This document shows, in pieces, positions 40,201 through 46,481 of a stretch of DNA of 47,781 nucleotides. The DNA comes from Euryarchaeota archaeon UBA181 (lineage in GTDB: Archaea > Thermoplasmatota > Poseidoniia > Poseidoniales > Thalassarchaeaceae). The notes under the pieces are model-generated. The model was given only the letters and a program-made list of their open reading frames with translations, did no database searches and was not told the DNA's origin. Position numbers and translations under genes: made by a program. The stretch is from positions 1 to 47,781 of the forward strand of contig DALI01000067.1 of the NCBI GenBank assembly GCA_002496725.1, given 5' to 3'. Within the stretch, counting starts at the first letter, position 1; each line of letters starts with the position of its first letter.

Positions 40201-40703
40201 AGATTACACAGAGGACCATAGGCAAATTCAACCAATCAGACATGCTTAGTGATGGCGATAGCTTCACTCTCACCCTTGATATTTCGGATATATATCAAGT
40301 AGAGACTGGAATCGCCCAGACACTGTTCATCAGAATCACCGAGGGCGATGGATCGAGATATGTCATTTCTGAAACTATCGATATCAGTCTAGTCCCACGT
40401 GGAGGAGAGACAGGAGGCGGCGGGACCTCGGGAGGAGGCCTCAGTACAACGATACTGGCAGGTGTCGGAGGAGCTCTTCTACTTGTGCTAGTAGTCGTCG
40501 TAACCCTAGTTGCTCGTGGTCGTTCAAGGGCACCCATAGAGAAGGACACAGTCGAACAATTCGGTGGAGTTGAGACAATGGATCCTGTTGAGGCCTATGT
40601 CCAGCAGATGGTTGCTTCGGGATATGATGAACAACAGGCCAGGACCTATGCAGAGCAGTACTATGCAAGCTATTACGAGCAACAGAGACAAGGCGGCTCC
40701 TGA
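34266..40703 (+). CDS. Giant (2145 aa) acidic cell-surface protein with N-terminal FG-GAP/VCBS-type repeats and a C-terminal TM anchor
   Basis: Signal peptide; GDLNCDGSNDI, ADINGDGINDI, GDINDDGDDDI, DTDGDGEVDM, DVNRDGEVDF; two jelly-roll-like domains ending GFAFDNI and GFAVDNI; Ig/PKD-like segments; Gly linker, TM helix and short tail. Confidence 0.9.
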   Translation: MSLSSQTAHDRFKQGRKALFLVFLMLAMPLASFVPGASASHITQYAVQRDPSDIAVGDLNCDGSNDIVSASAMGHFITTLYNDGSGGFADRQDVFISNNNSQRAGFVDTANGVDVEVADINGDGINDIVYYQENIRFSSETFVRPGNLTILFGDCNAAVNTWSETAITISNPYHISMEVGDINDDGDDDIVLVTIDASFSNQYIQVFRGPDPSLVTNQQVLIVPLTSGQYTNVHLGHWGESVQGAGIGAPIGDCEDLDLWILRTPPYNAGVGFSVGHYDNITVLEYDCVQDQFPNPMTPTAQGIHQFKMDAEHNRPMEGMDISDTDGDGEVDMIAVVDGLTGNISYASKSGSQWDTQNYVTLGDYKGASITIEDVNRDGEVDFFVPTELTLTRVQDSSAQNQTFLLLDNLREINTVEIILADSNGPGYLSSLSFDVGRRPTMAVPGQLQGGDDSAFEIIIGQRDYGYRFANNAMWLDTLGRAGAGDFLSVLTLDNEDMGITQLTIEPASYNPSTGESQIGEGTRFVNVTVKNTGLNPLSGSINVDLEVKEVLGGSDTIVYSNNFDGIEDDTNCPACSFSKVSYTGMYGPGASSWHEESNASVDANGTSTDDPWEADYNPTTYMWAGLDYQGLDNQSGYFNNMDEALILENVDLTGADAAYLDISLMCSAAFFELYLAEPYTVRERWMYEDSCGIEVWSEGSGWESVFFSGGWDNERLYRILFGGVDPEYNEYDFNNYYQTLTGWNDYVEDGGESEDPNERESIDLTPYAGQVVDIRFRFRSGLLGTVGPEGSSYDTEWDGFAFDNITIRKRDVTFGTEEVVSDTLTFSNFAAGSSEEVSLEAFFRDNTTYLIKTELTSPSGFQNSDSTNDEIKFQTTVNNLFDPGLAEEPWTNLENGVRYASGTRDVEVRATNWGNTLTDFSLKAEIYNAEPDLVGIEDFSGVDPIWTDDGNGNGSRIDDSSGSNDMLPQNVGVFKNFAYWLGDPDAGYGDGWNETVTLDPIPIAASGTDFTYLTFDYYAEGDFLQDSQGNILAVRDAANLELTWTKDGELYQGDAYGSWTDLNENGIQNTNPEDPNFHRCEDFDLNGYDEVEYFGDHSDNINSVVWFDSESIMKSITLDLTHIVILNKTSSDSTEWRDECTSLAGSELSLTWRFQSNEDGINGNAGLAGFAVDNIRVEQFTFEFDANYTEEVTGLDASESSTITFTDHDFESGIYRIDAMTLMDTTDPTKAWYEASETNLANNISSVIFSIASAEITLMQPDVMECVTDITYECVYPIDDQAMHSFSVPLLNGVIDGDYTLTMSIQDLTTNQQVFEQTADNGPFALEPHQRDWANWSQPFNSWADGHTYNISFYADVTKEDNTVEPSGNVRFFIITFYDRIDVAILSNPTDQNRLQMVKSDLQSMDMSYTQMRLDNWDDYATPSWLEHYDKVLLPWQTDYNVYYGEYYDKLASTRSSDGLSVAETLEQFMVQGGTTQIHLGPYRDAYQPTNLPFGMDIAMRNQVNFTEDNRILSDEITIVDQFHPLLENVDSSAFSAINGGTHVALAGLDTAQVQLTQVPQVCGGRISDPTGTFHTLIRDNTYESQSLLSICNRGAGGMIVTTIDVENPSVTQAYGGEQIPILSNLLDYKLTPYPVEFGIAGEGYDLTVNGQSPSIDSITGAYSTMYIKSNSELSFDYVTNIPGILADWTLSSGNNDSVTGWDGAIIDSGEISHTQQSAPEIPTLGSFCVANTSSDTGCRIGAEWMLTLYLHDEEGHTRITYIRLVTDDTLADEFRPLASASILSNSAITDFIALDGTKTVAGKDWPIYRVRLTETGDISLSFTAENSTDPDAPEGESGIELFEWKVFFDYPWDSQSPTLEGHEFQVPASATDEWTYTFRNLTSNPEGTLENEIRVELIVYDKAGKQSEKHRMYFIVVGEDFGDEPPLVQFTAPRPTDSQREDLVVLTGNLISGAENGDVKIEVALDSSVLDYSSSQKITQRTIGKFNQSDMLSDGDSFTLTLDISDIYQVETGIAQTLFIRITEGDGSRYVISETIDISLVPRGGETGGGGTSGGGLSTTILAGVGGALLLVLVVVVTLVARGRSRAPIEKDTVEQFGGVETMDPVEAYVQQMVASGYDEQQARTYAEQYYASYYEQQRQGGS

Positions 40704-40717
40704 CCGAGGCATTCTGA

Positions 40718-41983
40718 ATGGATACGTCTGGAGACTACACTGTAGCTGACATAGGCCTCTCTGAGGCTGGTAGCATGAAGGTAGAGTGGGCAAGAGGAAG
40801 AATGCCAGCTCTAGCCAAATTGAGGGCCGAGGCAGAGATAGAAAGGCCATTAGAAGGGCAGAGAATAGCAGGTTGCCTACATGTCACCAAGGAAACCGCC
40901 GTTCTCATCGAGACTCTAGAGGCGGCAGGGGCAAAGGTATCTTGGTCGGGCTGTAACCCATTGTCGACTCAGGATGATGTAGCGGCATGGCTAGCTTCAG
41001 AGGGGTACTCAATTCATGCATGGTATGGTCAAGACAACAAGGGATTCTATGACTGCATAGATAGGACCTTAGATCTGCAACCGACTCTGACTCTTGATGA
41101 TGGGGCCGATCTGATTTACAGGGTCCACTCACAGTTCAAGGACCTCGCCCCTGGAATCATAGGGGGGACAGAAGAAACAACCACAGGAGTTCATCGACTT
41201 AGGGCTATGGCCGATGCCGGAGAGCTACTTTACCCAGTAATAGCAGTAAATGACGCCGAGACCAAGTGGGACTTCGACAATATTCATGGTACCGGCCAAT
41301 CTACCATAGATGGAATTCTCAGAGCAACGAGCGTTCTTCTGGCTGGGAAGAACTTCGTGGTCGCAGGATATGGGCATTGCGGAAAGGGACTCGCCATGAG
41401 AGTCAGGGGAATGGGGGCCAATGTCATTATTACCGAGATAGACCCAATTCCAGCATTAAAGGCAATCATGGATGGTTTCAGGGTCATGAAGATGGATGAG
41501 GCGGCTTCAGTAGGTGATCTATTTTGTACTGCGACAGGCATGAAGGACGTCATCGTAAGAAGGCACTTTGACTCGATGAAAGATGGGGCAATAGTTTGCA
41601 ATACCGGGCACTACGACTGTGAAATCAGTATCTCAGACTTGGAGGATATGGCTACAGAGATATTTACTATTAGGGATAACAATGAGGCATTCTCAATGCC
41701 CGATGGAAGAAGGATACATCTTCTCGCAAGAGGCAGACTAGTCAACCTCGCTTCAGCAGAGGGGCATCCAAGTGAGGTGATGGATATGTCCTTCGCAAAT
41801 CAGTTCCTCGCTCTCTGTAGACTGGCTAAAGAAGGATCTGGCTATGATAATGCCGTGTATGATATTCATCCGGATCAAGATAGAGCGCTTGCTGCTCTGA
41901 AACTCTCATCATCCGGGATCATGATAGACAAACTTACCGAAGAGCAGAAATCCTATCTTCTGGATTTCTCTGTAGGGACTTGA
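40718..41983 (+). CDS. ahcY: Adenosylhomocysteinase
   Basis: GCLHVT, CNPLSTQD, DDGAD, EETTTGV, KWDFDN, GYGHCGKG, GRLVNL, GHPSEVMDMSF. Confidence 0.97.
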   Translation: MDTSGDYTVADIGLSEAGSMKVEWARGRMPALAKLRAEAEIERPLEGQRIAGCLHVTKETAVLIETLEAAGAKVSWSGCNPLSTQDDVAAWLASEGYSIHAWYGQDNKGFYDCIDRTLDLQPTLTLDDGADLIYRVHSQFKDLAPGIIGGTEETTTGVHRLRAMADAGELLYPVIAVNDAETKWDFDNIHGTGQSTIDGILRATSVLLAGKNFVVAGYGHCGKGLAMRVRGMGANVIITEIDPIPALKAIMDGFRVMKMDEAASVGDLFCTATGMKDVIVRRHFDSMKDGAIVCNTGHYDCEISISDLEDMATEIFTIRDNNEAFSMPDGRRIHLLARGRLVNLASAEGHPSEVMDMSFANQFLALCRLAKEGSGYDNAVYDIHPDQDRALAALKLSSSGIMIDKLTEEQKSYLLDFSVGT

Positions 41984-41993
41984 TTCTCATATT

Positions 41994-43001
41994 CTAAGGC
42001 CTATCGAGATCCCATTTCTTTGGCATTTTCTCTGCAGACTCAACTATCAAAGAAACCCGCTCCTTTATGGCTGGCATTTTGCTCTTCATCAATGAAGAGT
42101 ACAGCGGGCTCTCTCTGATACTCCCTGGGATACATACCTGTCCCGTAGTCGTCTCGTAGTCAATAGCTCTCTCCAAATCAAGAGCGTGTCTATTTATCGA
42201 TTGCAGTAGATTCATGCTCAATCTACTAATCCCCACCACAGTTACAAGTAGTATGATGAATACAATCGGGAGAGACCAACCAGAGTTTCCTATGAACATC
42301 ATACTCACACTACCAACGAAGAAGGCCATAGGGGCTACAAAAAGCATCAGAAATATTCCCTGTGAGATTGGTTTTTTCTTCTTCAGGCGTTCAATAACAT
42401 CCCACCTAGCATGTTTGGGATCATTCGGTCTGAATATCTCATCAGACTCCATCTTTGAAGCCTTAGAAACCGTCTGACTCACTCTTCCCATCCTCATCCT
42501 GACCCCCCCGTCAACAGCATCCATCTCTGGAGAGAACATCTCTTCAATCAAATCAGCACAATCCTCGTAGTATCCCATCCTGACCAGTATTGATATCTGT
42601 TCAATCAGGGGTGTAACTTCGGTGGGTGCAAACTCCCTACGTCTCTCCCACCAGCTTAGTGCATCCTCCATCATTCCCAGGTGATCAACCAATAGAGTTC
42701 CACCAAGATCCCATGCCCTACGATTTTCAGGGTCCAAGTCGACCACCTTCCTCAACGCAGTCATAGATTTTGCAGTCTGGGAGAGATCGGGCATCTCTTG
42801 CTTTCCCTTGGTTGGAGCCGGGAGCTCCATTCTAGCTATGGTCATCCAAGCATCGGAATTGTCGGGCTCGGTCCCTACTAACTCTCGACAAATCCTCAGA
42901 GTTTCTACCCTGTCGCCTTCCTTTTCCGAATCTATGGCGTCCATCCAGAGGTCTCCTTTGGACTCAAGATCCTCATCTACCATGCTATCTGGACTAGGCA
43001 T
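41994..43001 (-). CDS. TPR-repeat protein with a two-TM hairpin
   Basis: EPDNSDAW and DPENRRAW TPR turns; two hydrophobic helices near the C-terminus. Start at 43001 or 42983. Confidence 0.75.
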   Translation of the reverse strand: MPSPDSMVDEDLESKGDLWMDAIDSEKEGDRVETLRICRELVGTEPDNSDAWMTIARMELPAPTKGKQEMPDLSQTAKSMTALRKVVDLDPENRRAWDLGGTLLVDHLGMMEDALSWWERRREFAPTEVTPLIEQISILVRMGYYEDCADLIEEMFSPEMDAVDGGVRMRMGRVSQTVSKASKMESDEIFRPNDPKHARWDVIERLKKKKPISQGIFLMLFVAPMAFFVGSVSMMFIGNSGWSLPIVFIILLVTVVGISRLSMNLLQSINRHALDLERAIDYETTTGQVCIPGSIRESPLYSSLMKSKMPAIKERVSLIVESAEKMPKKWDLDRP

Positions 43002-43027
43002 TAGGGCTTGAATGATACTATCAGATA

Positions 43028-44233
43028 CTAGGATTTTTGAGCTATCTTGACAATATTCCCAGTCCAATCAAAGACTATCAGATCGTTATCAAAATACTCC
43101 CCAAATCCAACGATCATCTCACCAGTAGTTCCAAGGTAAGTCTCAGACCAAATTCCTTCAGACTCCTTCAATACCCATAGGGAACCAGTACAGAAGTCAC
43201 CGTAAACATAGCCTTCCAGTGCCGGACTATCATTATCTTCAATCCAGTGCCCTCCAGTTATCGAACAGTTCCCGCCTTGATGAGCATAGGAGAGAATAGG
43301 GTCAGTCATCCCCTCTTCCTTAGGTGCCTCATCCTCATCAAAATTGCATGTCCCATCCTCATTGGTGAATCCATTGGAATGAAACTGATGGAATCCCTCT
43401 CTCTCTGACCATCCGAGATTTTTCCTTTCATCCAACGAAACTAGATTGACTTCCTCCCAGCAAGCCTGACCTACATCAGCAATCCATAATCTCCCTGATG
43501 GATCCAAATCAAAGCGCCAAGGATTCCTTAGACCGTGATGTAGTATCAATTGATTCTCTTCCCCCTCCAGGGCAGGGGAGATTGACCCTCCTTGGATTTT
43601 GAAGAATAGGATAGTCCCTAGCTCACTCGAATTATTCTGACCGTTTGAATCAGGGTCATTCGCACCCCCTCCATCGCCAACTCCCCAAAGATAGCTCCCA
43701 TTGCCTGCATTTAGAAGGAAACCGGCATTATGATTTCTATATGGTTGCTCAATTCTCTTTAGTACAGTAAGAGACTGTATGTCTATAGTTCCATCATCTC
43801 TTAGATAAGCCGATGAGAGAACCAAATCCGATTGATTCTCCCCTTCGCAGGGCCCACTCTCGACATACGAGAGTAAGACTAGTTTTGAATCCTCAAATTG
43901 ATCATCAAGAGAAAGTCCGAGTAGTCCTTGCTCAATATGGCACCTACTTACAAATTCACTCAAGTCTGCGACGTCTTCCAGGTTTTCTCCATCCCATGAT
44001 TTTATCATTCCTTCGAGGAAAACTATCCACAACTCGCCATTGATCGGATTTATGATTGAGTGATGAGCTGTACCTTCAACCTGCAGAATCACGGAACACT
44101 CTAGCCCATCATCCAGTTTACAAACATCCGAATCAGCTCCAGGCCACTCAAAACCATCATCTGAGTCACCTCCAAAACATCCGGTGCTTATCGAGCAAAA
44201 AACAAGTAAAGCAAGAAACATCGCTTTTCTCAT
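43028..44233 (-). CDS. PQQ-dependent sugar dehydrogenase (GSDH beta-propeller) family lipoprotein
   Basis: Lipobox-like STGC, EQGLLGL, NHNAG, GVGDGG, GLRNPWRF, ADVGQ, WEEVN, SITGG, YGDFCTG. Confidence 0.88.
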   Translation of the reverse strand: MRKAMFLALLVFCSISTGCFGGDSDDGFEWPGADSDVCKLDDGLECSVILQVEGTAHHSIINPINGELWIVFLEGMIKSWDGENLEDVADLSEFVSRCHIEQGLLGLSLDDQFEDSKLVLLSYVESGPCEGENQSDLVLSSAYLRDDGTIDIQSLTVLKRIEQPYRNHNAGFLLNAGNGSYLWGVGDGGGANDPDSNGQNNSSELGTILFFKIQGGSISPALEGEENQLILHHGLRNPWRFDLDPSGRLWIADVGQACWEEVNLVSLDERKNLGWSEREGFHQFHSNGFTNEDGTCNFDEDEAPKEEGMTDPILSYAHQGGNCSITGGHWIEDNDSPALEGYVYGDFCTGSLWVLKESEGIWSETYLGTTGEMIVGFGEYFDNDLIVFDWTGNIVKIAQKS

Positions 44234-44290
44234 AAAACTCCCCTGTGTGTCTGAGATTGACTTCAGCAATCAAGCTATTCGTTCCATATT

Positions 44291-45355
44291 CTAAGAGAAG
44301 TATGCCTGTATCCCTGGGACATTGGCAACAGCCGCCCCATAAGTCCCAAGATGATCATCAGCATTGGTAGCAACCATTCCATCAGTATTGAGAAGGTCAC
44401 TAAGTATCTCTCTCCCCTCACTGTCTTCGTTTAGGGAGACTAGGGCACTCTGCACGAGTCCCACTGTCTCGCTGTCCATATCGTCTGGATTGTAGAGTGC
44501 CGGGTGGCTTGGTGCTTGTCCGAATGAAGGAAGCATTACCAACTCATCAAGATCTAAACACCAATCGTCACCATCGGCAACCCCGTCATCATTCTCATCA
44601 CAATACAAACGGTAAGCAGTGTCCTTAGTCAATGCAACATCTCCGTAGCCAGTCATCATACACTTCATGGCACCCTTGTAACCAGAGTACTGAGTGCCTC
44701 CCTCGGGGATACTTGACCCCTCATCGAAAAAGTTAGTCACAGTGGCCCTGAGGGAGTCAATATCATTTGGATCACCAATGACTTCAGCATAGTCATTTCC
44801 GATCAGATATCCCATGGGAATTAGCATTCCAGCGCTCTTCAACCATCCAGTATGGCAAGACTTCTTGCCTTCCATCAATGCGAAAGGATCAGTTTCTGGG
44901 TCGTCATCAAGATGAGCAGCAGCGATATCAGAGTCCGCTTTTACCCATGCTGCGGCATTGTAGTACGTTCTACCGTCAGACTTCCATTCAGCAGCGAGTA
45001 TATCTAAGTCATAGACTTCCCATGCTAACCACGCTGCAGCACCGTCTACGAAGCCAATATCGGCATTTCCTTTGTCAATAGCCTCAATAATCCCCCCAGA
45101 ACCAGTAACTGGGTATATCTCAACATCCATCCCAGTCATGGCACTCATCTTATCTGCGAGATGCTGTGGATTCTTATCCCAGATCAAGTAGGTGTCCTGT
45201 ACCTCAAATGCAATTGTCAGGCAGTTATCCTCATCTTCGCAAGACTCATAGTTTACATCGAAGATTAAGTACAAAACTCCTGCCGAAACAACCAATCCCG
45301 CCATTAGAAATGCCTTATTTGCCATAGCCCAACTTCCAATCTCCTCTGCTCTCAT
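44291..45355 (-). CDS. Membrane-anchored single-lobe transferrin-like (PhnD/transferrin fold) binding protein
   Basis: N-terminal TM; ADIGFVDG, TYYNAAAWVK, GKKSCHTGWLKSAG, YSGYKGAMKC...GDVALTKD and APSH match transferrin lobe motifs in order. Confidence 0.85.
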   Translation of the reverse strand: MRAEEIGSWAMANKAFLMAGLVVSAGVLYLIFDVNYESCEDEDNCLTIAFEVQDTYLIWDKNPQHLADKMSAMTGMDVEIYPVTGSGGIIEAIDKGNADIGFVDGAAAWLAWEVYDLDILAAEWKSDGRTYYNAAAWVKADSDIAAAHLDDDPETDPFALMEGKKSCHTGWLKSAGMLIPMGYLIGNDYAEVIGDPNDIDSLRATVTNFFDEGSSIPEGGTQYSGYKGAMKCMMTGYGDVALTKDTAYRLYCDENDDGVADGDDWCLDLDELVMLPSFGQAPSHPALYNPDDMDSETVGLVQSALVSLNEDSEGREILSDLLNTDGMVATNADDHLGTYGAAVANVPGIQAYFS

Positions 45356-45377
45356 GTTTGTTCGTGAGATGCTTTAG

Positions 45378-45403
45378 ACATAAAATTTAGGGTTACCTAA
45401 ACT
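45378..45403 (-). promoter_or_regulatory. TATA-like box (TTTTATGT) with adjacent DtxR/SirR/MntR-type palindrome TTTAGG-N4-CCTAAA
   Basis: Palindrome at 45386-45401; TATA-like element 45385-45378 lies about 25 nt before ATG 45355. Confidence 0.7.
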
Positions 45404-45455
45404 CTTTTATTTTAGAATCCAATAATATTTTAATACTGAAGATGAATGATTTATT

Positions 45456-46031
45456 TCAGATAAGAAAAAACCATTTCGGTTTAGCAAATAACCATCCCAA
45501 AGAAGATTTCGAAGCACTGAATAGGTCTATCCTATGTCTTCCTACTCTGACTATCCTCACTCCAGAATCCTCGGCCCTTTCGCGCCAGTAGTCACGGTCT
45601 TCATCAGGAAATGAGATAAGGAATCTCTCAGGTGTCGACATCAATATCCATTTGTCCATGCCTGAAACAGATTCTAGAATCTCTTCTCTGCAATGATCAG
45701 ATAAGACATTCTTAATTTCTATCATGACCCTCTCACTCCTTTTCCGGAGTAATGAGATTACTTCCTGAAATTTTGGGATATTGATCCCTATGGATTTTCC
45801 TGCTTCAGAAATTTCTCGGAAACTCAATCTAGCAGTACTAATTTTTTCTCCGTTTAGTGTGATTGTATCATCGTGGAAAACGAATAGAATCCCATCTGAA
45901 GACTCATGGATATCAAACTCCCAGTACTTGAAATTCTTATCAGATACCAAGTCTAATGAATTATGGAACCCTTCAATGGTATTTTCTAGATAGGTACCGG
46001 AAGCCCCCAGCCGATGACCTAGATTTTTCAC
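45456..46031 (-). CDS. Short glycerophosphodiester phosphodiesterase (GDPD) family protein
   Basis: GHRLGA...ENTIEGF, EFDIH, VFHDD, IEIK. The GTG start overlaps the gar1 TGA stop. Confidence 0.8.
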   Translation of the reverse strand: MKNLGHRLGASGTYLENTIEGFHNSLDLVSDKNFKYWEFDIHESSDGILFVFHDDTITLNGEKISTARLSFREISEAGKSIGINIPKFQEVISLLRKRSERVMIEIKNVLSDHCREEILESVSGMDKWILMSTPERFLISFPDEDRDYWRERAEDSGVRIVRVGRHRIDLFSASKSSLGWLFAKPKWFFLI

Positions 46032-46480
46032 CTTCTTCCACGACCTCTGGAATTTTTCCTAGAGCCACGTCCATCATACCGGGGGCTTCTGCTTCTTTGC
46101 CCTCCTCCTCTTTTATTGGAACCCCCTCTTCCCCCACTGCTCTGAAACTTTCTCTTTTTATCGCTATCTCTGGATCGGCCACTCTCATTTCTGTAGCCAC
46201 TCTTTCCGTCTCTATGGCGATTTCCACTACGTTTCTCTCTGGCTCTGCGTGGGGCGATTTCAACAGGAGATCCGATCGTTCGCTCGACCTCAACCCCTCT
46301 CGAAACCGGGTGTATATGGACAAAACCAGAGTCTACCGGGCCGATCACTGTATCGACTCTGCCTAATATTTTACCACCCTTAACCCGGATTGTATCTCCT
46401 AGATTGGGAGATCTCCCCTCAAAGGAGGCTAGAAGACCCCTCATATGGGAAATCTCTTCCACTCTCCCAGAAAAAGTCAT
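46028..46480 (-). CDS. gar1: H/ACA RNP component Gar1/Naf1 family protein with a basic Arg/Gly tail
   Basis: PNLGDTI...ILGRVDTVIGPVDSGFVHI matches the Gar1 core. ATG 46480 sits 1 nt after the upstream stop. Confidence 0.7.
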   Translation of the reverse strand: MTFSGRVEEISHMRGLLASFEGRSPNLGDTIRVKGGKILGRVDTVIGPVDSGFVHIHPVSRGVEVERTIGSPVEIAPRRAREKRSGNRHRDGKSGYRNESGRSRDSDKKRKFQSSGGRGGSNKRGGGQRSRSPRYDGRGSRKNSRGRGRR

Positions 46481-46481
46481 T

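Noticed and set aside
44291-45355. Reading this gene plus the upstream GDPD as a phosphonate/glycerophosphate uptake unit
   Set aside because: There are no phnCE genes, the gene has its own promoter with a metal-repressor-type palindrome, and it retains the transferrin iron ligands. Disfavoured but not excluded without a binding assay.
45973-46323. 116-aa same-strand alternative-frame ORF over gar1
   Set aside because: A by-product of the purine-rich low-complexity gar1 tail, with no motif or start signal.
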